NCBI RefSeq assembly: GCF_044704955.1
Contig: NC_091994.1
Location: forward strand, 115,320,001 to 115,384,000
Length of the DNA: 64,000 nucleotides
Direction of reading: 5' to 3'
Source: Pristiophorus japonicus
Lineage: Eukaryota
Below are positions 1 through 14,163 of the stretch, in pieces. A program made the translations under genes and the position numbers. Under the pieces are notes generated by a model, which did no database searches, had not been told where the DNA came from, and worked only from the letters and a program-made list of their open reading frames with translations. The first letter of the stretch is position 1. Every line of letters begins with the position of its first letter.

Positions 1-650
1 TTACACAACACCTAGTCTAAGATGGCCTCCCCCCTAGTTGGTTCCTCGACATATTGGTCTGGAAAACCATCCCTTATGCACCCCAGGAAATCCTCCTCCA
101 CTGTATTGCTTCCAGTTTGGTTGGCCCAATCTATATGCATATTAAAGTCACCCATGATAACTGCTGCACCTTTATTGCATGCACCCCTAATTTCCTGTTT
201 GATGCCCTCCCCAACATCACTATTACTGTTTGGAGGTCTGTACACAACTCCCACTAACGTTTTTTGCCCTTTGGTGTTCTGCAGCTCTACCCATATAGAT
301 TCCACATCATCCAAGCTAATGTCCTTCCTAACTATTGCATTAATCACCTCTTCAACCAGCAATGCTACCCCACCTCCTTTTCCTTTTATTCTATCCTTCC
401 TGAATGTTGAATACCCCTGGATGTTGAGTTCCCAGCCCTGATCATCCTGGAGCCACGTCTCTGTAATCCCAATCACATCATATCTGTTAACATCTATTTG
501 CACAGTTAATTAATCCATCTTATTATGAATACTCCTTGCATTAAGACACAAAGCCTTCAGGCTTGTTTTTTTAACACCCTTTGTCCTTTTAGAATTATGA
601 TGTAGTATGGCCCTTTTGTTTCTTACCTTTGTTTACTCAGCCTTCCACTA
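1..650 (-). mobile_element. CR1 LINE fragment (ORF2 apurinic endonuclease region), cut by window edge
   Basis: ORF 12..503 contains APE motifs GITETWL, GGGVALL, GVVYRPP, MGDFN. Confidence 0.9.
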
Positions 651-2986
651 TTGCTGGGTGATATGTAATGAGAAAGGACTAATTAGCAATCTTGTTCGAG
701 GTCCCTTGGGGAAGAGTGACCATAATATGGTAGAATTCTTTATTAAGATGGAGAGTGAAACAGTTAATTCAGAAACTAGGGTCCTGAACTTAAGGAAAGA
801 TAACTTCGATGGTATGAGGTGTGAATTGGCTAGAAATGACTGGCAAATGATACTTAAAGGGTTGACGGTGGATAGGCAATGGCAAACATTTAAAGATCAC
901 ATGGATGAACATCAACAATTGTACATCCCTGTCTGGTATAAAAATAAAATGGGGAAGGTGGCTCAACCGTGGCTAACAAGGGAAATTAAGGATCGTGTTA
1001 AATCTAAGGAAGAGGCATATAAATTGGCCAGAAAAAGCAGCCTGAGGACTGGGAGAAATTTAGAATTCAGCAGAGGAGGACAAAAGGTTTAATTAAGAGG
1101 GAGAAAATAGAGTACGAAAGGAAGCTTGCCGGGAAAATAAAAACTGATTGCAAAAGCTTTTATAGATATATGAAGAGAAAAAGATTGGTGAAGACAAACG
1201 TAGGTCCCTTGCAGTCGGATACAGGTGAATTTATAATGGGGAACAAAGAAATGGCCAACCAATTGAAGAAATACTTTGGTTCTGTCTTCACGAAGGATGA
1301 CACAAATAACCTTCCGGAGGTACTAGGGGACCGAGGGTCTAGTGAGAAGGAGGAACTGAAGGATATCCTTATTAGGCGAGAAATTGTGTTAGGGAAATGA
1401 TGGGATTGAAGGCCGATAAATCCCCGGGGCCTGATAGTCTGCATCCCAGAGTACTTAAGGACGTGGCCCTAGAAATAGTGGATGCATTGGTGATCATTTT
1501 CCAACAGTCTATCGACTCGGAATCAGTTCCTATGGACTGGAGGGTAGCTAATGTAACACCACTTTTTAAAAAGGGAGGGAGAGAGAAAGTGTGTAATTAT
1601 AGACCAGTTAGCCTGACATCAGTGGTGGGGAAAATACTGGAATCAATTATTAAAGATGAAATAGCAGCGCATTTGGAAAGCAGTGACAGGATCGGTCCAA
1701 GTCAGCATGGATGTATGAAAGGGAAATCATGCTTGATAAATCTTCTGGAATTTTTTGAGGATGTAACTAGTAGAGTGGACAAATGAGAACCAGAGGATCT
1801 GGTGTATTTGGACTTTCAACAGGCTTTTGACAAGGTCCCACACAAGAGATTGGTGTGCAAAATCAAAGCATGTAGTACTGGGGGTAATGTACTGATGTGG
1901 ATAGAGAACTGGTTGGCAGACAGGAAGCAGAGAGTCGGGTCCTTTTCAGAATGGCAGGCAGTGACTAGTGGGGTGCCGCGGGGCTCTGTGCTGGGACCCC
2001 AGCTCTTTAGAAGATACATGAATTATTTAGATGAAGGAATTGAGAGTAATATCTCCAAGTTTGCAGATGACACTAAACTGGGTGGTGTGAGCTGTGAGGA
2101 GGATGCTAAGAGGCTGCAGGTTGACTTGGACAGGTTAGGTGAGTGGGCAAATGCATGGCAGATGCAGTATAATGTGGATAAATGTGAGGTTATCCACTTT
2201 GGGGGCAAAAACACGAAGGCAAAATATTATCTGAATAGCGGCAGATTAGAAAAAGGGGAAGTGCAACGCGACCTGGGTGTCATGGTTCATCAGTCTTTGA
2301 AAGTTGGCATGCAGGTACAGCAGGCGGTGAAGAAGGCAAATGGTATGTTGGCCTTCATAGCTAGGGGATTTGAGTATAGGAGCACGGAGGTCTTACTGCA
2401 GTTGTACGGGGCCTTGGTGAGGCCTCACCTGGAATATTGTGTTCAGTTTTGGTCTCCTAATCTGAGGAAGGACGTTCTTGCTATTAAGGGTGTGCAGCGA
2501 AAATTCACCAGTCTGATTCCCGGGATGGCTGGACTGACATATGAGGAGAGACTGGATCGACTGGGCCTTTATACATTGGAGTTTAAAAGGATGAGAGGGG
2601 ATCTCATAGAAACACAGAAGATTCTGATGGGACTGAACAAGTTAGATGTGGGAATAATGTTCCCGATGTTGGAGAAGTCCAGAACCAGGGGACACAGTCT
2701 TACGATAAGGGTTCGGCCATTTAGGACTGAGATGAGGAAAAACTTCTTCACTCAGAGAGTGGTTAACCTGTGGAATTCCCTGCTGCAGAGAGTTATTGAT
2801 GCCAGTTCATTGGATATATTCAAAAGGGAGTTAGATATGGCCCTTATGGCTAAAGGGATCAGGGGGTATGGAGAGAAAGCAGGAAAGGGGTACTGAGGGA
2901 ATGATCAGCCATGATCTTATTGAATGGTGGTGCTGGCTCGAAGGGCCGAATGGCCTACTCCTGCACCTATTTTCTATGTTTCTATG
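651..2986 (+). mobile_element. 5'-truncated CR1 LINE (frameshifted ORF2 RT) with TTTCTATG tail
   Basis: ORFs 607..2896 give [49 protein letters not shown]; ends tttctatgtttctatg. Confidence 0.95.
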
Positions 2987-3325
2987 ACAAGGTGGATGCA
3001 GAGAGGATGTTTCCACTGATGGGGGAGACTAGAACTAGGGGTCATGATCGTAGAATAAGGGGCCGACCATTTAAAACTGAGATGAGGAGACATTTCTTCT
3101 CTCAGAGGGTTGTAAATCTGTGGAATTCGCTGCCTCAGAGAGCTGTGGAAGCTGAGACATTGAATAAATTTAAGACAGAAATAGACAGTTTCTTAAACGA
3201 TAAGGGGATAAGGGGTTATGGGGAGCGGGCGGGGAGGTGGAGCTGAGTCCATGATCGTATTAAATGGAGGAGCAGGCTCGAGGGGCCGTGTGGCCGACTC
3301 CTGCTCCTATTTCTGATCTTCTTAT
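2987..3325 (+). mobile_element. 3' end of a second CR1 subfamily
   Basis: TRGH..RIRG, FFSQRVVNLWNSLP and CR1 3'UTR hairpin. Confidence 0.85.
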
Positions 3326-3539
3326 GATGATGATATCCTCCCATAGACACAGACACCTCTGTACCCCGAGTTTACAGAACTCTCACACCCCTAGTCTGAC
3401 AATTATAGATTCGATCAAACTGATGCAGATGTAGTTTTTTTGAAGGTTGGATTTAACAAACAGAATGTGAAGAGCCCAACATATATAAAGAAAAGAATGA
3501 GTCGCTGCCCCAGAAATAGTCTCCCCAGGCTCGGTTTGG

Positions 3540-3900
3540 TTAAATTATGGGATGTCCCGCCCAGGCCGGACACGTGACGCCTGAGAGGCGGAACGGAGGA
3601 GCTGGCGCTCGGTGGCCGGGAGCCCCCGGAGCGGTGTCAGTGCGGAGCGAGGAAGCGTTTGGGGACGGACCGAATATGGCGAGAGGCGGCGGGGAGAGGC
3701 GGCAGTGAGCGGGAGCGGCGTGCGGGAGAGTTCGGGGCCTGAGGGAGCGGCAGCGGCCACCATGAACTCCGACAACCTGTCGCTGACCGTGGCGGGCGGC
3801 GGTGCCGCGGCTGGCGTGACCGGCAACGGTAAGTGCGGAACTCGAGGCTCAGGCTGTGCGGCCTACAGATCCGGCCCCCGCTCCACCTCCCCCTCCCGGT
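3540..3900 (+). promoter_or_regulatory. CpG-rich promoter / first exon region of TAF10
   Basis: GC- and CpG-dense stretch in an AT-rich background; CACGTGACG (E-box/CRE-like) at 3571-3579; GCCACCATG Kozak context at ATG 3762. Confidence 0.75.
3762..3828 (+). CDS. TAF10: TAF10 coding exon 1 (MNSDNLSLTVAGGGAAAGVTGN)
   Basis: Kozak ATG; 67 nt followed by GTAAGT donor; phase 1 matches exon 2. Confidence 0.8.
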
Positions 3901-3914
3901 CCTCCTCCTCCCCC

Positions 3915-4513
3915 CCCGGCCTCTCTCTCTTCCTTCCCCCCCACGGCCTCTCTCTCTTCCTTCCCCCCCCCCCGGCCTCTCTCTCTTCCTTCCCCCCCCC
4001 CCGGCCTCTCTCTCTTCCTTTCCCCCCCCCCCCCCCCGGCCTCTCTCTCTTCCTTTCCCCCCCCCCCCCCCCCGGCCTCTCTCTCTTCCTTTCCCCCCCC
4101 CCCCCCCGGCCTCTCTCTCTTCCTTTCCCCCCCCCCCCCCGGCCTCTCTCTCTTCCTTTCCCCCCCCCCGGCCTCTCTCTCTTCCTTTCCCCCCCCCCGG
4201 CCTCTCTCTCTTCCTTTACCCCCCCCCGGCCTCTCTCTCTTCCTTTACCCCCCCCCCCGGCCTCTCTCTCTTCCTTTACCCCCCCCCGGCCTCTCTCTCT
4301 TCCTTTACCCCCCCCCCCGGCCTCTCTCTCTTCCTTTACCCCCCCCCCCCCCCCCCCGGCCTCTCTCTCTTCCTTTACCCCCCCCCCCCGGCCTCTCTCT
4401 CTTCCTTTACCCCCCCCCCCCCCCCCGGCCTCTCTCTCTTCCTTTACCCCCCCCGGCCTCTCTCTCTTCCTTTACCCCCCCCCCCCCCCCGGCCTCTCTC
4501 TCTTCCTTTCCCC
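3915..4513. repeat. Polypyrimidine minisatellite, about 19 units of GGCCTCTCTCTCTTCCTT(T/TA)C(n)
   Basis: Tandem array visible directly; unit length varies through the poly-C run. Confidence 0.95.
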
Positions 4514-4619
4514 ATTGAACAGTTTGCTGCAGTTAATGATCTGCCGGAACATTTGATTTTAAATTTCCTTCAGCTGATACTCTCTCTCCTATAATGTGCC
4601 ACACCACAACTGATTCTTC

Positions 4620-4941
4620 AATATTGTTATTTCACCAAAGCCATAAATCCCATTCACTGACCATTATCTTTGAGCCTTTGACACCATGAGCCTCGCCATT
4701 CTCCCCCCTCTGCCTCTCTGTTCTCCAGCTGGGCGGACTGTCCTTTCTTGGTTCCACTATTGCATCGCCAACCCCAGCCACCCCGTCTCTACTAATGTCT
4801 TCTCTTCCCACCCCTTCACCTTTCTCTCTGGTGTTCCCTAAGGATCCATCACTGCACTGAGACCATTCTCGACAGTCATCAATGCCATCCTTTCCAACTG
4901 TGGTGTGTTATTATCCGTTGACCTCTCCACAGTGTTCAACA
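4620..4941 (+). mobile_element. Old L2-type LINE remnant; continues at about 9120-9540 and 19820-20260
   Basis: Degenerate DLS..FDTV.H and DDTQLY RT motifs split across the insertions. Confidence 0.55.
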
Positions 4942-7900
4942 TAAAAACATAGAAAATAGGTGCAGGAGTAGGCCATTCGGCCCTTCGAGCCAGCACCACC
5001 ACCATTCAATATGATCATAGCTGATCATTCCCTCAGTACCCCTTTCCTGCTTTCTCTCGATACCCCTTGATCCCTTTAGCCATAAGGGCCATATCTAACT
5101 CCCTCTTGAATATATCCAATGAACTGGCATCAACAACTCTCTGTGGCAGGGAATTCCACAGGTTTAACAACTCTGAGTGAAGAAGTTTCTCCTCATCTCA
5201 GTCCTAAATGACCTACCCCTTATCCTAAGACTGTGTCCCCTGGTTTTGGACTTCCCCAACATCGGGAACAATCTACCCGCATCTAACCTGTGCCGTCCCA
5301 TCAGAATCTTGTAAGTTTCTATGAGATCCCCTCTCATCCTTTTAAACTCCATTGTATAAAAGCCCAGTTGATCCAGTCTCTCCTCATGTCAGTCCAGCCA
5401 TCCCTGGAATCAGTCTGGTGAGCCTGCGCTGCACTCCCTCAATAGCAAGAATGTCCTTCCTCAGATTAGGAGACCAAAACTGAACACAATATTCCAGATG
5501 AGGCTTCATCAAGGCCCTGTACAACTGCAGTAAGACCTCCCTGCTCCTCTACTCAAATCCCCTAGCTATGAAGGCCAACATACAATTTGCCGCCTTCACC
5601 GTCTGCTGTACCTGTTTTCCAACTTTCAATGACTGATGAACCATGACACCCAGATCTCGTTGCTCCTCCCTTTTTCCTAATCTGCCACCATTCAGATAAT
5701 CTGTCTGTGTTTTTGCCCCAAAGTGGATAACCTCACATTTATCCAAATTATACTGCATCTGCCATGCATTTGTCCACTCACCTAACCTGTCCAAGTCACC
5801 CTGCAGCCTCTTGGCGTCCCCCTCACAGCTCACACCGCCACCCAGTTTAGTGTCATCTGCAAAGTTGGAAATATTACACTCAATTCCTTCATCCAAATCA
5901 TTGATGTATATTGTAAATAGCTGGAGTCCCAGCACTGAGCCCTGCGGCACCCCACTCGTCACTGCCTGCCATTCTGAACCCGTTTATCCCAACTCTCTGC
6001 TTCCTGTGTACCAACCAGTTCTCTATCCACGTCAGTATATTACCCCCAATACCATGTGCTTTGATTTTGCACACCAATCTCTTGTGTGGGACCTTGTCAA
6101 AAGCCTTTTGAAAGTCCAAATACACCACATCCACTGGTTCTTCCTTGTCCACTCTACTAGTTACATCCTCAAAAATTCCAGAAGACTTGTCAAGCACGAT
6201 TTCCCCTTCATAAATCCATGCTGACTTGTACTGATCCTGTCACTGCTTTCCAAATGCTCTGCTATTTCATCCTTAATAACTGATTTCAACATTTTCCCCA
6301 CCACTGATGTCAGGCTAACCGGTTTATAATTACCTGCTTTCTCTCTCCCTCCCTTTTTAAAAAGTGGTGTTACATTAGCTACCCTCCAGTCCATAGGAAC
6401 TGATCCTGAGTCGATAGACTGTTGGAAAATGATCACCAATGCATCCACTATTTCCAGGGCCACTTCCTTAAGTACTCTGGGATGCAGACTATCAGGCCCC
6501 GGGGATTTATCGGCCTTCAACCGCATCAATTTCCCTAACACAATTTCCAGCCTAATAAGGATATCCTTCAGTTCCTCCTTCTCACTAGACCCTCGGCGGT
6601 CTCATACTTCCGGATGGTTATTTGTGTCTTCCTTCGTGAAGACAGAACCAAAGTATTTGTTCAATCGGTCTGCCATTTCTTTGTTCCCCATTATAAATTC
6701 ACCTGAGTCCGACTGCAAGGGACCTACGTTTGTCTTCACTAATCTTTTTCTCTTCACATATCTGTAGAAGCTTTTACAGTGAGTTTTTATGTTCCGGCAA
6801 GCTTCTTCTCGTACTCTATTATCCCCCTCTTAATTAAACCCTTTGTCCTCCTCTACTTAATTCTAAATTTCTCCCAGTCCTCAGGCTTGCTGCTTTTTCT
6901 GGCCAATTTCTTGGATTTAACACTACCCTTAATTTCCCTTGTTAGCCACGGTTGAGCCACCGTACCCGTTTTATTTTTATTCCAGACAGGGATGTAGAAT
7001 TGCTGAAGTTCATCCATGTGATCTTTAAATGTTTGCCTTTGCCTATCCACCATCAACCCTTTAAGAATCATTTGCCAGTCTATTCTAGCCAATTCACACC
7101 TCAAACCATTGAAGTTACCTGTCCTTAAGTTCAGGACCCTAGTTTCTGATTTAATTGTCACACTTCATTCCAATAAAGAATTCTACCATGTTATGGTCAC
7201 TCTTCCCCAAGGGGTCTCGCACAACAAGATTGCTAATTAGTCCTTTCTCATTACACATCACCCAGTCTAGTATGGCCAGCTCCCTGGTTGGTTCCTCGAC
7301 ATATTGGTCCAGAAAATCATCTCTAATACACTCCAGGAAATCCTCCTCTACCGCATTGCTACCAGTTTGGTTAGTCCAATCAATGTGTAGATTAAATCAC
7401 CCATGATAATTGCTGTACCTTTTATTGCATGCATCCCTAATTTCTTGTTTAATGCTGTCCCCAACCTTACTTCTACTGTTTGGTGGTCTGTACACAACTC
7501 CCACTAGCGTTTTCTGTCCCTTGGTATTCCGCAGCTCCACCCATACTGATTGCACATCATCCAAGCTAATGTCCTTTCTTATTATTGCATTAATTTCCTC
7601 TTTAACCAGCAATGCCACCCTGCCTCCTTTTCCTTTCTGTCTATCCTTTCTAAATGTTGAATACCCCTGGATGTTGAGTTCCCAACCTTGGTCACCCTGG
7701 AGCCATGTCTCCGTGATGCCAATTACATCACATCTGTTAACTACTATCTGGGCAGTTAATTCGTCCACCTTATTCCGAATACGCCTCGCATTGAGGCACA
7801 GAGCCTGCAGGCCTATCTTTCTCACACACTTTGCCCCTTTAGAATTTTGCTGTAATGTGGTCCTTTTTGTTTTTTGCCTTGGGTTTCTCTGCCCTCCACT

Positions 7901-9110
7901 TTTACTTTTCTTCTTTCTATCTTTTGCTTCTGCCCCCATTCTGCTTCCCTCTGTCTCCCAGCATAGGTTCCCATCCCCCTGCTACATTTGTTTAACTGCC
8001 CCTGGACACTCCACCTCGGACATTGGTTCCGCTCCTGCCCAGGTGCCGACTGTCCGGTTTGTACTGGTCCCACCTCCCCCCCCGAACCGGTTCCAATATC
8101 TCTGGAATTTGAATCCCTCCCTCCTCAAGCCACGTATTCATCTGAGCTATGCTGCGATTCCTACTCTGACTAGCACGTGGCACTGGTAGCAATCCTGAGA
8201 TTACTACTTTTGAGGTCCTACTTTTAATTTAGCTCCTAGCTCCCTAAATTTGTCTTGTAGGACCTCATCTCTTTTTTTAAACTCTATAGTTGGTACCTAT
8301 ATGCACCACGGCAACTGGCTGTTCACCCTCCCTTTTCTGAATGCCCTGCACCCGCTCCGAAACATCCCTGACCCTTGCACCAGGGAGGCAACATACCATC
8401 CTGGAGTCTCGGTTGCAGCCGCAGAAACGTCTTATCTATTCCCCTTACAATTGAATCCTCTATTACTATAGCACTCCCACTCTTTTTTTTTTTCCTGCCC
8501 ACCTGTGCAGCAGAGCCACCCATGGTGCCATAAACTTGGCTGCTGCTGCCCTCCCCTGATGAGTCATCCCCCTCAGCAGTACCCTAAGCGGTGTATCTGT
8601 TTTGCAGGGGGATGACCGCAGGGGACCCTGCACTATCTTCCTTGCACTGCTCTTCCTGTTGGTCACCCATTCCCTATCTGGCTGTGTACCCTTTTCCTGC
8701 GGTAAGACCAACTCACTAAACATCCTATTCACGTCATTCTCAGCATCGTGCATGCTCCAGAGTGAATCTACCCGCAGCTCCAGTGCCGCAATGCGGTCTG
8801 TCAGGAGCTGCAGGTGGATACACTTCCCGCACACGTAGTCGTCGGGGACACTGGAAGCGTCCCTGACTTCCCACGTAGTACAGGAGGAACATAACACGTG
8901 TCTGAGCTGTTCTGCCATGTCTTAACTCTTTAGATTAACTTAAATTGGCAACAACAATGCTATAGGTTACTTGCTGATATAGAAAGGAAAAAGAAAAACT
9001 ACTTACCAATCACTTACCCCCTTGGCTGTGACATCACTGTACGATTTCCTTCCATTTCTTTTTTCCTCCCTGCTGCAGCTGCACCGGCTGGCCTCTTGTC
9101 AGCCTCAGCA
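4942..9110 (-). mobile_element. Near full-length CR1 LINE: ORF1 (zinc finger + SGNH esterase-like) and ORF2 (APE + RT), frameshifted
   Basis: ORF 8466..8918 has CSSC...CGKC; 8323..8523 has a DSIVRG esterase-like motif; APE/RT ORFs 5164-7939; CATAGAAA-type tail at 4942. Confidence 0.93.
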
Positions 9111-9540
9111 ACGTCCCGTTGGTTCATAACGCCACCATTTTTCCTCTGGACTATCTCTGCGACTCCACCGTTGCTTGGTTCCACAGCCAGCAGATCTCCA
9201 GCAATGGCTTCTCCCACTGTGCATGGCCACCTTGGGTACACCTCGAGGTTACATCCTTGGCCATCTCCTTTTTCTCATTTGCGTGTTGGTAACATCACCT
9301 GATGACACCCAGCTTTATCTCTCCACCTTTAACTTCTTGATCATCACCACTATATTTTAGATTGCTGATGAGCCAACTGAATGTTGGCGTTTCATCAACG
9401 GAATATTGCCAAGATTATAGTCATCCAATTCGACTACGATGAAAAATCTCCTCACTTCACCCGACGACCTCATTGCTGGTCGCTCACTCGGGCAGAACCT
9501 GATGGTTTTTAACCTCCCTGCACTGGTCGACCATAAGCTC

Positions 9541-9644
9541 AGTGTCAGCTGTGGCTCAGTGGGCAGCACTCTCGCCTCAGTCAGAAGGCTGTGGATTCAA
9601 GTCCCGCTCCAGGAACTTGAGCATAAAAAAAAAATCTAGGCTGA
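9541..9644 (+). mobile_element. 5' tRNA-derived head of a Deu-domain SINE, split by a CR1 insertion
   Basis: A-box gtggctcagtgg and B-box-like gattcaagtcc; ends at ctaggctga and resumes as gacaccccagtgcagtactgagggag at 19451. Confidence 0.8.
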
Positions 9645-11062
9645 TGAGGTCCTATGAGACGAATTTAAGGAACTAGGAGCTAAATTAAAAAGTAGGACTT
9701 CAAAAGTAGTAATCTCGGGATTGCTACCAGTGCCACAAGCTAGTCAGAGTAGGAATCGCAGGATAGCTCAGATGAATACGTGGCTTGAGCAGTGGTGCAG
9801 CAGGGAGGGATTCAAATTCCTGGGGCATTGGAACCGGTTCTGGGGGAGGTGGGACCAGTACAAACCGGACGGTCTGCACCTAGGCAGGATCGGAACCAAT
9901 GTCCGAGGGGGGAGTGTTTGCTAGTGCTGTTGGGGAGGAGTTAAACTAATATGGCAGGGGGATGGGAACCAATGCAGGGAGACAGAGGGAAACAAAATGG
10001 AGGCAGAAGCAAAAGACAGAAAGGAGATGAGTAAAAGTGGAGGGCAGAGAAACCCAAGGCAAAAAACAAAAAGGGCCACTGTACAGCAAAATTCTAAAGG
10101 GTCAAAGTGTAATAAGAAGGCAAGCCTGAAAGCTCAATGCGAGGAGTATTCGGAACCCAGGAGAGGGCTCTGAGCTAGTTCGAGTGGGTGAGAGCTCAGA
10201 TGAACAGGACCCCAAGAAAGAATGCAAAAGGCAGGAGACAACAGAGCAGAATAGCACTGGGGTAAGTGTAAACCACAAGGTGATGGGAAGGGACAATATG
10301 TATGAATATAAAGGGGCTGCAGGAGGGGTCAAAACTAAAAATCATGGTTTAAAAACTAGGATTAAAACACTACCTAAACGCAGGCAGCATTCGAAATAAA
10401 GTAAATGAGTTGATGGCACAAATCATTACAAATGGGTATGATTTGGTGGCCATTACAGAAACATGGTTGCAGGGTGGCCAAGACTGGGAATTAAACATAC
10501 AGGGGTGTCTGACAATTCGGAAAGATAGACAAGAAGGGAAAGGAGGTGGGGTAGCTCTGTTAATAAAGTTTGATATCAGGGCAGTTGTGAGAGATGATAT
10601 TGGGTCTAATGAACAAAATGTTGAATCATTGTGGGTGGAGATTAGAGATAGTAAGGGGAAAAAGTCACTGGTGGGTGTAGTTTATAGGCCCCCAAATAAT
10701 ATCATGGTGGGGCGGACAATAATCAAGGGAATAATGGAGGCATGTGAAAAAGGAACGGCAGTAATCATGGGCGATTTTAACCTACATATCGATTGGTCAA
10801 ATCAAATCGCATGGGATAGCCTTGAGGAGGAATTCATAGAATGCATACGGGATTGTTTCTTAGAACAGTATGTTACAGAACCTACAAGGGAGCAAGCTAT
10901 CTTCGATCTGGTCCTGTGTAATGAGACAGGAATAATAAACGATCTCCTAGTAAAAGATCCTCTCGGAATGAGTGATCACAGTATGGTTGAATTTGTAATA
11001 CAGATTGAGGGTGAGGAAGTAGTGTCTCAAACGAGCGTACTATGCTTACACAAAGGGGGCTA
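9645..11062 (+). mobile_element. CR1 LINE (host copy), part 1: ORF1 3' end + APE
   Basis: ORFs 9721..9924 and 10410..11063 (AITETWL, GVVYRPP, GDFN, SDH). Confidence 0.92.
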
Positions 11063-14000
11063 ACATAGAAACATAGAAAATAGGTGCAGGAGTAGGCCAT
11101 TCGGCCCTTCTAGCCTGCACCGCCATTCAATGAGTTCATGGCTGAACATGCAACTTCAGTACCCCATTCCTGCTTTCTCGCCATACCCCTTGATCCCCCT
11201 AGTAGTAAGGACTTCATCTAAATCCTTTTTGAATATATTTAGTGAATTGGCCTCAAGAACTTTCTGTGGTAGAGAATTCCACAGGTTCACCACTCTCTGG
11301 GTGAAGAAGTTTCTCCTCATCTCGGTCCTAAATGGCTTACCCCTTATCCTTAGACTGTGACCCCTGGTTCTGGACTTCCCCAACATTGGGAACATTCTTC
11401 CTGCATCTAACCTGTCTGAACCCATCAGAATTTTAAACGTTTCTATGAGGTCCCCTCTCATTCTTCTGAACTCCAGTGAATACAAGCCCAGTTGATCCAG
11501 TCTTTCTTGATAGGTCAGTCCCGCCATCCCGGGAATCAGTCTGGTGAACCTTCGCTGCACTCCCTCAATAGCAAGAATGTCCTTCCTCAAGTTAGGAGAC
11601 CAAAACTGTACACAATACTCCAGGTGTGGCCTCACCAAGGCCCTGTACAACTGCAGCAACACCTCCCTGCCCCTGCACTCAAATCCCCTCGCTATAAAGG
11701 CCAACATGCCATTTGCTTTCTTAACCACCTGCATGCCAACCTTCAATGACTGATGTACCATGACACCCAGGTCTTGTTGCATCTCCCCTTTTCCTAATCT
11801 GCCGCCATTCAGATAATATTCTGCCTTCGTGTTTTTGCCACCAAAGTGGATAACCTCACATGTATCCACATTATACTGCATCTGCCATGCATTTGCCTAC
11901 TCACCTAACCTATCCAAGTCACCCTGCAGCCTCATACCATCCTCCTCGCAGCTCACACTGCCACCCAACTTAGTGTCATCCGCAAATTTGGAGATACTAC
12001 ATTTAATCCCCTCGTCTAAATCATTAATGTACAATGTAAACAGCTGGGGCCCCAGCACAGAACCTTGCGGTACCCCACTAGTCACTGCCTGCCATTCTGA
12101 AAAGTACCCATTTACTCCTACTCTTTGCTTCCTGTCTGACAACCAGTTCTCAATCCATGTCAGCACACTACCCCCAATCCCATGTGCTTTAACTTTGCAC
12201 ATTAATCTCTTGTGTGGGACCTTGTCAAAAGCCTTCTGAAAGTCCAAATATACCACATCAACTGGTTCTCCCTTGTCCACTCTACTGGAAACATCCTCAA
12301 AAAATTCCAGAAGATTTGTCAAGCATGATTTCCCTTTCACAAATCCATGCTGACTTGGACCTATCATGTCAACTCTTTCCAAATGCGCTGCTATGACATC
12401 CTTAATAATTGATTCCATCATTTTACCCACTACTGAGGTCAGGCTGACCGGTCTATAATTCCCTGTTTTCTCTCTCCCTCCTTTTTTAAAAAGTTGGGTT
12501 ACATTGGCTACCCTCCACTCGACATGAACTGATCCAGAGTCAATGGAATGTTGGAAAATGACTGTCAATGCATCCGCTATTTCCTTCAGTACTCTGGGAT
12601 GCAGTCCATCAGGCCCTGGGGATTTATCGGCCTTCAATCCCATCAATTTCCCCAACACAATTTCTCGACTAATAAGGATTTCTCTCAGTTCCTCCTCCTT
12701 ACTAGACCTCTGACCCCTTTTATATCCGGAAGGTTGTTTGTGTCCTCCTTAGTGAATACCGAAGCAAAGTACTTGTTCAATTGGTCTGCCATTTCTTTGT
12801 TCCCCGTTATGACTTCCCCTGATTCTGACTGCAGGGGACCTACGTTTGTCTTTACTAACCTTTTTCTCTTTACATATCTATAGAAACTTTTGCAATCCGT
12901 CTTAATGTTCCCTGCAAACTTCTTCTCGTACTCCATTTTCCATGCCCTAATCAAACCCTTTGTCCTCCTCTGCTGAGTTCTAAATTTCTCCCAGTCCCTG
13001 GGTTCGCTGCTATTTCTTGTTACTTTGTATACCACTTCCTTGGCTTTAATACTATCCCTGATTTCCCTTGATAGCCACGGTTGAGCCACCTTCCCTTTTT
13101 TATTTTTACGCCAGACTGGAATGTGCAATTGTTGTAGTTCATCCATGCGGTCTCTAAATGTCTGCCATTGCCCATACACAGTCAACCCCTTAAGTATCAT
13201 TCGCCAATCTATCCTAGCCAATTCACGCCTCATTCCTTCAAAGTTACCCTTCTTTAAGTTCTGGACCATGGTCTCTTGAATTAACTGTTTCATTCTCCAT
13301 CCTAATGCAGAATTCCACCATATTATGGTCACTCTTCCCCAAGGGGCCTCGCACAACGAGATTGCTAATTAATCCTCTCTCATCACACAACACCCAGTCT
13401 AAGATGGCCTCCCTCCTAGTTGGTTCCTTGACATATTGGTCTAGAAAACCATCCCTTATGCACTCCAGGAAATCCTCCTCCACCGTATTGCTTCTAGTTT
13501 GGTTAGCCCAATCTATGTGCATATTAAAGTCATCCATTATAACTGCTGCACCTTTATTGCATGCACCCCTAATTTCCTGTTTGATGCCCTCCCCAACATC
13601 ACTACTACTGTTTGGAGATCTGTACACAACTCCCACTAACGTTTTTTGTCCTTTGGTGTTCTGTAGCTCTACCCATATAGATTCCACATCATTCAAGCTA
13701 ATGTCCTTCCTAACTATTGCATTAATCTCCTCTTTAACCAGCAATGCTACCCCACCTCCTTTTCCTTTTATTCTATCCTTCCTGAATGTTGAATACCCCT
13801 GGATGTTGAGTTCTCAGCCCTGATCATCCTGGAGCCACGTCTCTGTAATCCCAATCACATCAAAATTGTTAACATCTATTTGCACAGTTAATTCATCCAC
13901 CTTATTACGGATACTCCTTGCATTAAGACACAAAGCCTTCAGGCTTGTTTTTTTAACACCCTTTGTCCTTTTAGAATTTTGCTGTACAGTGGCCCTTTTT

Positions 14001-14163
14001 GTTCTTTTTCTTGGGTTTCTCTGCCCTCCACTTTTCCTCATCTCCTTTCTGTCTTTTGATTTTGTCTCCTTTTTGTTTCCCTCTGTCTCCCTGCATTGGT
14101 TCCCATCCCCCTGCCATATTAGTTTAACTCCTCCCCAACAGCACTAGCAAACACTCCCCCTAG
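11063..14163 (-). mobile_element. Young CR1 LINE nested inside the + strand CR1
   Basis: ORF2 pieces 11156-14041; (CATAGAAA)2 tail at 11064. Confidence 0.95.

Noticed and set aside
1-700. Twin-priming-type inversion of a single CR1
   Set aside because: The two pieces resemble different CR1 subfamilies, and the outer junction lies beyond the window.
3612-4594. Long proline-rich ORFs in three frames
   Set aside because: Translations of the intronic C-rich minisatellite beyond the TAF10 splice donor.
9541-9612. tRNA gene
   Set aside because: tRNA-derived SINE head, contiguous with a Deu SINE body once the insertions are removed.
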